Source: Bacteroidales bacterium (lineage in GTDB: Bacteria; Bacteroidota; Bacteroidia; Bacteroidales; UBA7960). Taken from it: a DNA stretch of 42,378 bases. The DNA lies in NCBI GenBank assembly GCA_007120085.1, contig SKOK01000122.1, positions 1-42,378 of the forward strand, read 5' to 3'. Both the position numbers and the translations under genes were made by a program. The number at the start of each line of letters is the position of its first letter. The first letter of the stretch is position 1. Positions 34,981 through 42,378 of the stretch are shown piece after piece. The notes under the pieces were generated by a model that saw nothing but the letters and a program-made list of their open reading frames with translations, had not been told where the DNA came from and did not search any database.

Positions 34981-37077
34981 TTACTTCAATCCGCTCCTGA
35001 TGAGGAAGGGTTCTATCGAAGGTTCTTCACCGCGGAACTCAATGTATGCGTCCATTCCGCTTCTCAGTGCATTTTCGGCCAGGATATATTTGCGGAACCT
35101 TTCGGCCAGCTCCTGGTTAAAGAGATCACCTGAATCTTTAAAGGCCATGAACGCATCGGCATCCAGAACGCCTGCCCAGCGATACACATAATAGCCTGCT
35201 GCATAACCGGTGCCAAATATGTGTCCAAAGTATGTGGTACGGTAGCGTGGCTTGATCTCCTGGATCAGGCCCATATTCCTCAGTGAAGTTTCTTCAAAGG
35301 CACGCACATCAATATCCCCAACGTGTTCCGCTGTGTGCCAATCCATATCGAGAATGGCAGCGGCAATATATTCGGCATTAATGAAGCCCTGATTAAAATA
35401 TTCGGCGTTACGCATTTTTTGCTGCAGGTATTCGGGCATCGGCTCGCCGGTTTCAAAATGTAGCGCGTATTCATTCAGCAGTGCTGGTTCGGCAGCCCAG
35501 TTTTCCAGTATCTGAGAAGGAAGTTCAACGAAATCTCTGGGCACGGAGCGGCTTGTCCGGCGATAACGTCCATCTGCGAAGAAATTATGCAGCGCGTGGC
35601 CAAACTCATGGAAGTAGGTAGTGGTTTCGTCCCAGCTCAGCAGGGCTGGTTTATCACCAGAGGGGCGGCTAAAATTCATAACAATGGTAACAATGGGATA
35701 GATCTTTTCGCCATCTTCATAGGCTCCGGAGCGGTAAGTGCCGCACCAGGCACCGCCACGTTTGCCCGGACGTGGATGCGGATCAATGTACAAAATACCC
35801 AAATGGCTGCCATCTCTGTCAAGAACCTCATAGGCTTCCACTTCTTCGTGATAGACGGGCACTTCCGGGCGTGCTTCAAAAGTGAGTCCGAAAAGCTTGT
35901 TGGCCAGCAGAAAATTTCCTTTTTTAACATTTTCAATGGCAAAATAAGGTCTTAATTCCGCTTCATCCAGATCGTACTTTTCCTTGCGCAGCTTTTCGGC
36001 ATAAAACCACCAGTCCCAGGGTTCAAGCTTGAAGTTGCCGCCTTCGCGGTCAATCATGACCTGCATTTCGTCGCGTTCACGCTTTGCCAAAGCCAGAGCA
36101 GGCTCCCATATCTCAAACAAAAAGTCATATACGTTTTTTGGGTTCTCAGCCATTTGTATGTCTTGAAAATACTCGGCATAGTTGTTAAAGCCCAACAGGC
36201 GCGACATTTCCTGGCGCAACTGCATTAGCTCGGCAAACAAATCTTTGTTATCGTGTTCATTGTCGTTATCGCCGCGCATAAAATAAGCTGTAAATACTTT
36301 TTCGCGCAGGTCTCTCCTTTCGGAATGCTGCAGGAAGGGTATCCAGCTTGGGTTATGAAGGGTAACAATTCCTAATGCATCAACCCCGGCCTTTTCGGCA
36401 GCATCGGCGGCGGCGGCACGCACACTGGCCGGCAGACCTGCAAGGTCGTCTTCCGTTTCAAGCTTCAGCTGAAAGGCATTGGTTTCTGCCAGCTGGTTCT
36501 CACCCAGTTGCAATGAAACCATTGACATGCGTTCGCTCAGCTCTGACAGTTTTTGCCGCTTTTCTTCCGGAAGGGCAGCTCCGCTGCGTTCGAAATCACG
36601 ATAGTATTGCTCCACTACACGCATCTGCTCGAGATCGAGGTCCAGCTCATTGCGTTGTTCATAGACAGCATGTATGCGTTCAAACAGATCCTGATTCATG
36701 CGGATGCTGGTGCTGTGGGCAGATAGCAATGGAGTTGATTCCCGCGCAATCTCCTGCAAGCGGGGATTGGTTTCAGCACTTCGCAAATTGCCGAAAACCA
36801 GGCTTACACGACTCAGCAAGCTACCTGCCTGGTCATAAGCCACAATTGTGTTTTCAAATGTGGGTGGTTCCGGGTTATTAACAATTGCATCAATCTCAGC
36901 CTGGTGCTGACGGATACCCTCCTCGATGGCAGGCAAAAAATGCTCATCATCAATGCGATCAAAAGGAGGTGCATCAAAAGGAGTGTTGTAATCCGTCAAT
37001 AACGGATTTCGCTGCTGATCAGCACAACTGGCAAACATCATAACAATTGGAATTAGAAATAAGAAGAATTTGTTCAT
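34981..37077 (-). CDS. dcp: M3 family metallopeptidase, peptidyl-dipeptidase Dcp-like, lipoprotein/secreted
   Basis: 698 aa. Has a signal ending MMFASC and the zinc motif HEFGHALH. Length and the YFMRGDNDNEHDN region are typical of Dcp. Confidence 0.85.
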   Translation of the reverse strand: MNKFFLFLIPIVMMFASCADQQRNPLLTDYNTPFDAPPFDRIDDEHFLPAIEEGIRQHQAEIDAIVNNPEPPTFENTIVAYDQAGSLLSRVSLVFGNLRSAETNPRLQEIARESTPLLSAHSTSIRMNQDLFERIHAVYEQRNELDLDLEQMRVVEQYYRDFERSGAALPEEKRQKLSELSERMSMVSLQLGENQLAETNAFQLKLETEDDLAGLPASVRAAAADAAEKAGVDALGIVTLHNPSWIPFLQHSERRDLREKVFTAYFMRGDNDNEHDNKDLFAELMQLRQEMSRLLGFNNYAEYFQDIQMAENPKNVYDFLFEIWEPALALAKRERDEMQVMIDREGGNFKLEPWDWWFYAEKLRKEKYDLDEAELRPYFAIENVKKGNFLLANKLFGLTFEARPEVPVYHEEVEAYEVLDRDGSHLGILYIDPHPRPGKRGGAWCGTYRSGAYEDGEKIYPIVTIVMNFSRPSGDKPALLSWDETTTYFHEFGHALHNFFADGRYRRTSRSVPRDFVELPSQILENWAAEPALLNEYALHFETGEPMPEYLQQKMRNAEYFNQGFINAEYIAAAILDMDWHTAEHVGDIDVRAFEETSLRNMGLIQEIKPRYRTTYFGHIFGTGYAAGYYVYRWAGVLDADAFMAFKDSGDLFNQELAERFRKYILAENALRSGMDAYIEFRGEEPSIEPFLIRSGLK

Positions 37078-37080
37078 GAC

Positions 37081-37150
37081 TTTAGAGTTTAAGGTTTATG
37101 GTTAGGAGTTCAGAGTTTTGGATTCATGTTTTATGTTGGTTGGTTTAGGG
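37081..37150 (-). repeat. Degenerate heptad leader repeat abutting the dcp start codon
   Basis: The sense strand reads ccctaaa ccaacca acataaa acatgaa tccaaaa ctctgaa ctcctaa ccataaa ccttaaa ctctaaa gtc ATG(37077). That is ten consecutive 7-nt units. Confidence 0.75.
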
Positions 37151-37171
37151 ATTTGCTTAGGTTCAGAATCG

Positions 37172-37179
37172 CAAAAATA
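37172..37179 (-). promoter_or_regulatory. Candidate -7 box TAttTTTG upstream of dcp, overlapping the 14-nt palindrome atacaaatttgtat (37177-37190)
   Basis: The reverse complement of caaaaata matches TAnnTTTG. It would place the heptad repeat inside the dcp 5' leader. Motif match only. Confidence 0.3.
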
Positions 37180-37195
37180 CAAATTTGTATTGCAA

Positions 37196-38692
37196 CTAAC
37201 GGTATAGCTTGGCAATTCTTTTGTTAAACAGCGCAAAAAGGCCCAATATCACGCCCCACTGGAGCAATACGGTCATCAGGCTAAAGGGGCGAAAAGGGTT
37301 GTACCAGGCCTCCGGGTCAAAGGAGGTGATAGAGAGCCACATCCACCAAAGCAGGAGGATAATGCCGGCTGCCGGAACAAAGAAGCGGATTAGTGCATCC
37401 CACCATTTCCCGGGAAACCAATCGCCGGGAGCAAATTCTGTTTCTGCTTTCAAACGTGTCAACCCATATCGTATGCCGAATGCGGCGATAAACACACCAG
37501 AGATCATTAGTCCGAGGCCCCAGACGAAATCCTGGTTGCTGAGTATGTCAAGACTGATGGCCGATGGGATACCCAGCAGGTAAACAAAGGACACAATGAT
37601 CAGAACCGCCTTGTTTCGTTTTACACCCCTGTCAACCAGCGCCCTGGTAGATAGTTCCAGCATCGACATCAGAGAAGAGAATCCGGCACAGGCAAGTCCG
37701 AGGAAAAAGAATACCGCCAGGATGCTTCCACCCCCCATCTTTTCAAACAATTGAGGCATCCATATGAAAGTAAGTCCTGTAGAAGCCGGACCACTGGTTT
37801 TCATTACTTCAAGCACTTCGGCATTAGCATATCCGTAACCATACTGCAGTACCGAAAAAACGGTACCAAATATCATGATGGCCATCAATATGGATATGAT
37901 ATTGTTACCCAAACCGGTGATAAAGGCATTCTTTACAGTACCATGCCTGGCGTGCATATATGCGGCATAGGACAGGAAGAGGCCCCAGCCGGCGCCGGTA
38001 TCCCAGGCATTCTGTGTCAGCGCTTGCAGCCATATCTCAGGTGTTTGCAACTGTGCCCATTCAACGCGAAAAAGGTATGCGATGCCAGCACCTGAACCGG
38101 GCAGGGTAAAAGCCCTGATCACTGCAGCAAAAATGATAAGGATTAGCAAGGGTATGAGCACCTTATTGACCTTCTCAATCGATTTCACTCCCTTCCAGAT
38201 AGCAAAAGCACCGGCAGCCACAGCCATAAGATGCATTGCAAAAGGCCAGTAAGAGGCCTGAAAACTGTCCCATATAAGCACAGACGAAACATTATCTGCA
38301 GGAAGAGAGAAAAAAAGCATCTGAAAGAAATAATAAAGAGACCAGCCGACGATCACAGCGTAAAAGAAACCGATGGCAGTTGCCACGAATGCCACAAAAG
38401 CTCCCATCCAGGCAAAGCGACGCCCCATTCCCTTAACAAATGAGCCAATCACCCCGAAACGGAACCTGCGGCCAATCATGTATTCAGCAATGATCAGGGG
38501 TACGCTCCACAACAACAAAAAAAGCACCCAGGCCAGGATAAGCGCACCGGCACCTTCGTCACCGCCGCTCTGTGCCGCTATCCGCGGAAAGCGCCAGATG
38601 TTGCCCGTACCTACTGCGATGCCCAGTGCGCTGAGCAGCAAGCCGGCGCGGGTTCCAAAACGTTGATTAACGGAGGTATCTTCTGAATGCAT
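37196..38692 (-). CDS. Sodium-dependent transporter, neurotransmitter:sodium symporter (NSS/SNF) family
   Basis: 498 aa and polytopic. Has the NSS signature LGIAVGTGNIWRFPRIA. Confidence 0.88.
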   Translation of the reverse strand: MHSEDTSVNQRFGTRAGLLLSALGIAVGTGNIWRFPRIAAQSGGDEGAGALILAWVLFLLLWSVPLIIAEYMIGRRFRFGVIGSFVKGMGRRFAWMGAFVAFVATAIGFFYAVIVGWSLYYFFQMLFFSLPADNVSSVLIWDSFQASYWPFAMHLMAVAAGAFAIWKGVKSIEKVNKVLIPLLILIIFAAVIRAFTLPGSGAGIAYLFRVEWAQLQTPEIWLQALTQNAWDTGAGWGLFLSYAAYMHARHGTVKNAFITGLGNNIISILMAIMIFGTVFSVLQYGYGYANAEVLEVMKTSGPASTGLTFIWMPQLFEKMGGGSILAVFFFLGLACAGFSSLMSMLELSTRALVDRGVKRNKAVLIIVSFVYLLGIPSAISLDILSNQDFVWGLGLMISGVFIAAFGIRYGLTRLKAETEFAPGDWFPGKWWDALIRFFVPAAGIILLLWWMWLSITSFDPEAWYNPFRPFSLMTVLLQWGVILGLFALFNKRIAKLYR

Positions 38693-38759
38693 CCTAATTC
38701 ATGAGTTTCAGATCAGAACATCAAAGATAAAAACAAATCCGGTTTTATAATAATTTGTG

Positions 38760-39548
38760 CTATCTGGAATTGTTATGCTGCAATACGCCGAAAGCGTCAA
38801 AGCTTTTTCGGGTAGTAAAATACAAAGCCAGACTAACGCTTAATGCAACAGAAGAAAATATCACAAGCATGATGGCAACCTGGTACTTTATGGCCACATC
38901 CGGAGAGGCGCCACCAAGTATCTGACCCGTCATCATGCCAGGCAAAAAAACTACACCCATCGTAGCCATGTTGGCCAGGAATGGCCGCAGGGCCGCCAGA
39001 ACCGACTCACGGAGAAATGGTTGCAAAGCCTCCTGCTGGCTGGCACCAAGCGATAGTAAGTAATGATAGCGTTTTTTCTCTTTTCGCAAGCCTTCATAAT
39101 AGCGTGAAATGCCAATAATTACACTATTCAGGGAATTGCCGAGCAACATGCCACCAGCCACCACCAATAGCTGGGCACTGAAAATATTCGCAGGATTCAC
39201 GATCACGACCAGGAAGAACATCAGCGAAAAGCCTGCACCCACGAAATATGCCCCAAATACGGGTACAAAAAACTTCTTTAACGTCAGTCCGCTGTTCACA
39301 ATTGAAGAAATGGATGCAAATACGATCATCATCAAAGCCCAGCCAATGTTAATCAAGGTGTTATCCCATTCAAACAAGTAAATCAGTAAAATGGATACAA
39401 GGAATAACTGGGATGTCATACGGCCAACGGATATGAACAGCTGCCTGATGATACCCATGCGCAGGAGCAAAGACATCAGTACAGGTATCAGTAATAGGCT
39501 GAAACCCAAAAACAATCGCAACAAGCTTATATCAGGAGCAGCTTCCAT
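38760..39548 (-). CDS. fetB: ABC transporter permease, FetB/YbbM (UPF0014) family
   Basis: MEAAPDISLLRLFLGFSLLLIPVLMSLLLRMGIIRQLFISVGRMTSQLFLV is a FetB-like N-terminus. It pairs with the upstream FetA-like ATPase. The ATG at 39548 leaves a 4-nt gap after the fetA stop; the ORF-track ATG at 39599 would overlap fetA. Confidence 0.75.
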   Translation of the reverse strand: MEAAPDISLLRLFLGFSLLLIPVLMSLLLRMGIIRQLFISVGRMTSQLFLVSILLIYLFEWDNTLINIGWALMMIVFASISSIVNSGLTLKKFFVPVFGAYFVGAGFSLMFFLVVIVNPANIFSAQLLVVAGGMLLGNSLNSVIIGISRYYEGLRKEKKRYHYLLSLGASQQEALQPFLRESVLAALRPFLANMATMGVVFLPGMMTGQILGGASPDVAIKYQVAIMLVIFSSVALSVSLALYFTTRKSFDAFGVLQHNNSR

Positions 39549-39552
39549 AAAG

Positions 39553-40167
39553 TTAAAGTTGAAAGGTTTTAATTCCCTTGTGATGCCACACATTGTCATG
39601 TGAAACTATGACAAGTGTTGTATCATTGAGCGAAAGAAAGTATTCCACAACCCTTTCCTTCATTTTTTGATCCAGCGCACTCGTGATCTCATCAAGCAGG
39701 TATACTGGGCGGTGAAGCAACAAAGCGGTGATGATGGCTACACGCTGCAGTTCACCTCCGGAAAGGTCTTCGAGGGGTTGGTCCAGCATATCGGGCTGCA
39801 GACCAAACTCTTTCATCAAAGTTTCAGTTTTTGCACGTTCATAATGCAAGCCGCGATTGCGCCTGAACCGCAACACCTCTTTGATAAATCCCTCAACGAC
39901 ACCCTGCCCGAGCGACATGTCCTGGCTCACATACGCCATCTTGCCGCGAAGCGACCAGACATTGAAACTATCCATAATCTGGCCATCAATACGCACAAAG
40001 CCTTTTTCTGGTTGTTCCAGTCCAAGTATCAAGCGCAGGATGCTCGTTTTACCGGTTCCTGACTCACCGCTAATGAGCAATTTTCCGCCTTTTGGCACAG
40101 AAAGCTCCAGGTTCTCAAACAGACTTTGAGAATTATAGCGCAGGCATATATTGCGTAATTCGATCAT
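39553..40167 (-). CDS. fetA: ABC transporter ATP-binding protein, FetA/YbbL-like
   Basis: Has Walker A GESGTGKTS, the signature LSGGELQRV and Walker B YLLDEITSALD. The ORF-track start is a GTG at 40194; the ATG at 40167 (MIELRNICLRY) is preferred. Confidence 0.78.
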   Translation of the reverse strand: MIELRNICLRYNSQSLFENLELSVPKGGKLLISGESGTGKTSILRLILGLEQPEKGFVRIDGQIMDSFNVWSLRGKMAYVSQDMSLGQGVVEGFIKEVLRFRRNRGLHYERAKTETLMKEFGLQPDMLDQPLEDLSGGELQRVAIITALLLHRPVYLLDEITSALDQKMKERVVEYFLSLNDTTLVIVSHDNVWHHKGIKTFQL

Positions 40168-40261
40168 GAGTCCAAAAATAGGTAAAATAATCACGATCTT
40201 TCTTATGCAGTGTTCATCCTTGAAATTTTTTGTAGTTTTGGAAGCGGAAGAAAGAAGGATG

Positions 40262-40408
40262 CTCGAAGGATCCGGTTGGGCATTGGAGAATCTTCGCTGA
40301 CGCTCTTATGTAACTTGTTTTTGAAGTTATTCGATCTCGGGCTGTATTTTGCTCATACTGAGGGACTACTAATGACAAGAGACTATGAACCCGCAACCAT
40401 AAACCTTT
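40262..40408 (+). repeat. Composite upstream module (gaaggatc...gagaatcttcgctgacgctc, an interruption, aatgaca, then AACC heptads), third copy
   Basis: ctcgaaggatccggttgggcattggagaatcttcgctgacgctc aligns with the reverse complement of 8345-8395. gactatg aacccgc aaccata aaccttt (40381-40408) is the heptad part, followed by aacag ATG at 40414. Confidence 0.65.
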
Positions 40409-40472
40409 AACAGATGAAACGCCCATGCAGGATTATTGACACACAGGGGGATGATTATCCAAGATGGATAGT

Positions 40473-40540
40473 GGAGGTTAGAAGTTGGAGGATAGAGGTT
40501 GGAAAAAAATCTAACTTCTAACTTCTAATATCTAACATCC
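40473..40540 (+). repeat. 30-bp imperfect hairpin built from heptad words (gttagaa gttggag gatagag / tctaact tctaact tctaata tctaaca), A7 loop
   Basis: Hand alignment of the arms 40473-40502 and 40511-40540 gives 22 Watson-Crick pairs, 5 G-T pairs and 3 mismatches. In every G-T pair the G is in the left arm. Confidence 0.7.
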
Positions 40541-40603
40541 AATCGCTATCTTAGGAGCAAATACAAGCCGCAGACATACAGTTACTTACAAAAATACAAA
40601 CAC

Positions 40604-42118
40604 ATGAAACGCATATCAACATTTATTTTAGTTTTTTTCCTTGCAGCGCAAATTTTTGCACAACCTTCAGGGAATTATGGAAACAATGACAGTAACGTGC
40701 TAATTAAGGCACTGCACGCCGTTTCCGAACAAGATATTACTGACTGGATGCACGTGATGATATCGCCGGAGATGCGCGGACGCCTCGCTGGTGACATCGG
40801 CTACGACATGGCCGCAGAATGGGCAGCCGGGCTGTTTTCTGAATGGGGCCTGCAACCCTTCTTTTCCGAAAAAGGTTACTTCCAGGAATTTGATCAGTCA
40901 TACACGCTCGTCAAAGACAAGGGCAGTCTGGAGGTGCATCTCCCCATTAAAGCCCAGGCAGGAGACCGCGAAATTACTTACACCATCAACCAAACATTCA
41001 ACTATGGCGATGATTACTGGCCCTGGGGCATTTCCGGCAGCGGCGAAATCACTGCAGAGGTCGTATATGCTGGTCACGGACTCACTGTGCCTGAGCTGGG
41101 CTACGATGATTATGCAGGCATCGATGTGGAAGACAAAATCGTGATCGTGGAACTGGGTATTCCTTACAGTGGCAATAATCAGGACAGTCTTATGATGTGG
41201 GCACCTTACGTGGATCATTCCAACAAGGTGAAATTTGCTCTTGAAAATGGAGCAGCCGGTTTGCTTTTTGCCTACCACGTGGCAAGTCCACGGCCTACTG
41301 TCGATGAAAACTTTTTATTCCTTGCCGTCACCGACGAGGTCGTTAACACGCTACTCGCAGGCACAGGAAAAGAATTGGATGAGGTAAGAGAGCATATCAA
41401 AACCACATTAACTCCCAAGTCATTCAACACTGGCAATAAAGCTACAATGGCGCTCACCACTGAATATTTTCCCGATGGCAGAACATCCAACGTGGTAGCC
41501 ATGATAGAAGGCACTGACCCTGTTTTAAAAAACGAATATATGATCATCGGAGCCCACCTGGATCACCTGGGCATGATGCCGGTATTGTTCCCGGGAGCCC
41601 TCGATAATGCATCCGGGTCTGCCCTGGCCCTGGGCGTAGCCAAAGCGCTTGCCACCGCAGAGGTGGAGCTTAAAAGAAGCCTCATCATCATCTTATTTGG
41701 TGCTGAAGAAGTGGGGCTCGTCGGTGCCAGGCATTTTGTTAACAACTGGCCTTATGACAAAGACCAGATCAAGCTGATGATCAACCTCGACATGGTTGGT
41801 CGCGGCGACTCCTTTTTTGCTGTCACTGCCGACATATGGGACGAACTGCTGGATGTGCTGCAGGAAAACAATGAACGATGGGTACACAGGCAATTCATGA
41901 CACGAAGTAGTCCGTGGCAACCCCCAATCCGTCCGCGAACCGACGGCATGGTCTTCTACATGGAAAAAATACCGGCCATCACCTTCGGCACCAGGGGCGC
42001 AACCAGCCGCGCACTTTACCACGTTCCCGAAGACACCATGGATCAAATAGAAGTGGAGATTATGCGCGACGTCGTAAAGCTGCTTACAATGTCAATGATA
42101 GAGTTTGGGAACAGATGA
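40604..42118 (+). CDS. M28 family metallo-aminopeptidase with PA (protease-associated) insert, secreted
   Basis: 504 aa with a signal peptide (FILVFFLAAQIFAQ). Has the zinc-ligand contexts HLDHLG, LDNASGSALALG, FGAEEVGLVGARHF and NLDMVG. Confidence 0.85.
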   Translation: MKRISTFILVFFLAAQIFAQPSGNYGNNDSNVLIKALHAVSEQDITDWMHVMISPEMRGRLAGDIGYDMAAEWAAGLFSEWGLQPFFSEKGYFQEFDQSYTLVKDKGSLEVHLPIKAQAGDREITYTINQTFNYGDDYWPWGISGSGEITAEVVYAGHGLTVPELGYDDYAGIDVEDKIVIVELGIPYSGNNQDSLMMWAPYVDHSNKVKFALENGAAGLLFAYHVASPRPTVDENFLFLAVTDEVVNTLLAGTGKELDEVREHIKTTLTPKSFNTGNKATMALTTEYFPDGRTSNVVAMIEGTDPVLKNEYMIIGAHLDHLGMMPVLFPGALDNASGSALALGVAKALATAEVELKRSLIIILFGAEEVGLVGARHFVNNWPYDKDQIKLMINLDMVGRGDSFFAVTADIWDELLDVLQENNERWVHRQFMTRSSPWQPPIRPRTDGMVFYMEKIPAITFGTRGATSRALYHVPEDTMDQIEVEIMRDVVKLLTMSMIEFGNR

Positions 42119-42172
42119 AGTTAATGTGCAAATTTGTAGATGTGCAAATGAGCAGATTTGAGGTGAGTGGTT
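42119..42172. repeat. Second copy of the TGCA(A/G)AT word repeat family
   Basis: ttaatgtgcaaatttgtagatgtgcaaatgagcagatttgaggtgagtgg begins right after the M28 stop. It is collinear with 17108-17160. Confidence 0.65.
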
Positions 42173-42180
42173 GAGTTTAG

Positions 42181-42290
42181 TATTTGGAGGGTGGAAGATC
42201 GATTCTTGGAGATTCATCGCTAACGCTCAGAATGACAGGAGGCACCGAACCATAAATCAGTAACCATGAACCCGTAACCATAAACCGTTA
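42181..42290 (+). repeat. Composite upstream module (ggaagatc..gattcatcgctaacgctcagaatgaca + AACC heptads) abutting the next start codon
   Basis: gattcatcgctaacgctcagaatgacaggaggcaccgaacc matches the hydF-sense copy gattcttcgctatcgcttagaatgacagaaggctacgaacc at 35 of 41 positions (hand count). It is followed by aaccata aatcagt aaccatg aacccgt aaccata aaccgtt aat ATG. Confidence 0.75.
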
Positions 42291-42292
42291 AT

Positions 42293-42378
42293 ATGCGCGA
42301 ATACCACGAAGGACAAAACATACCGGATGGCAACCCTGACAACGACGGGATAGACCGCCGTTGCTTTCTGAAGAAGGG
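42293..42378 (+). CDS. 5' end (29 codons) of a protein with a twin-arginine (Tat) type signal; identity unknown
   Basis: The translation is MREYHEGQNIPDGNPDNDGIDRRCFLKKG. DRRxFLK is the Tat consensus. The ORF is open to the window edge. Confidence 0.5.
   Translation, partial: MREYHEGQNIPDGNPDNDGIDRRCFLKK

Noticed and set aside
40210-40426. ORFs of 66 aa (+) and 70 aa (-) in the fetA / M28 spacer
   Set aside because: Both lie across the composite repeat module, are mutually antisense, and have no recognisable motifs.

Overview
This 42.4 kb window looks like a chromosomal segment of an anaerobic Bacteroidota-type bacterium. That assignment is an inference from several things: a divergent TamB/TsaD pair, SpII-type lipoprotein signals, a PCMD-like protein, no Shine-Dalgarno motifs, TAnnTTTG boxes, and HydE/HydF plus a flavodiiron protein. 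All protein calls come from reading motifs in the supplied translations; no search was run.

I support 30 intact CDS, 2 edge-truncated CDS and 2 toxin pseudogenes. I saw no rRNA, tRNA, CRISPR array, transposase or integrase.

Gene blocks, in order:
- tamB (partial), divergent from tsaD
- a minus-strand run hydF-hydE-fprA-lipoprotein
- succinate-semialdehyde dehydrogenase
- a decayed RelE/ParE-type TA locus
- a four-gene trehalose block (OtsA-OtsB fusion, GH65 phosphorylase, beta-PGM/TPP fusion, TreS-maltokinase fusion), divergent from an MscS channel
- a solitary class I HMG-CoA reductase
- a TPR lipoprotein
- an AT-richer stretch with a PCMD+dockerin protein, DinD and a divergent aspartase-family lyase
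- membrane pyrophosphatase, Dus-family enzyme, NhaC, GT4, FtsE
- a decayed YefM/YoeB locus
- Dcp, an NSS transporter, FetAB, an M28 peptidase, and the first 29 codons of a Tat-signal protein

The most unusual content is non-coding. Many of the longer spacers are filled with low-complexity word repeats that fall into recurrent families:
- Degenerate 7-nt AACC repeats sit on the mRNA-sense strand upstream of five start codons: directly abutting four of them and 48 nt from the fifth (hydF). Three of these copies are preceded by a conserved GATTCnTCGCTAnCGCTnAGAATGACA module.
- A 100-nt near-perfect palindrome is built from CTTTGCG heptamers.
- Eight tandem 19-20 nt units centred on GCGAAGC-type mini-hairpins lie in the dus leader.
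- A 30-bp hairpin whose five G-T pairs make it foldable only as plus-strand RNA sits in a ~190-nt segment bracketed by a duplicated copy of the M28 start codon.

I found no clear protein-encoded novel system. The oriented leader-repeat families and the fusion-rich trehalose block are the best candidates for follow-up.
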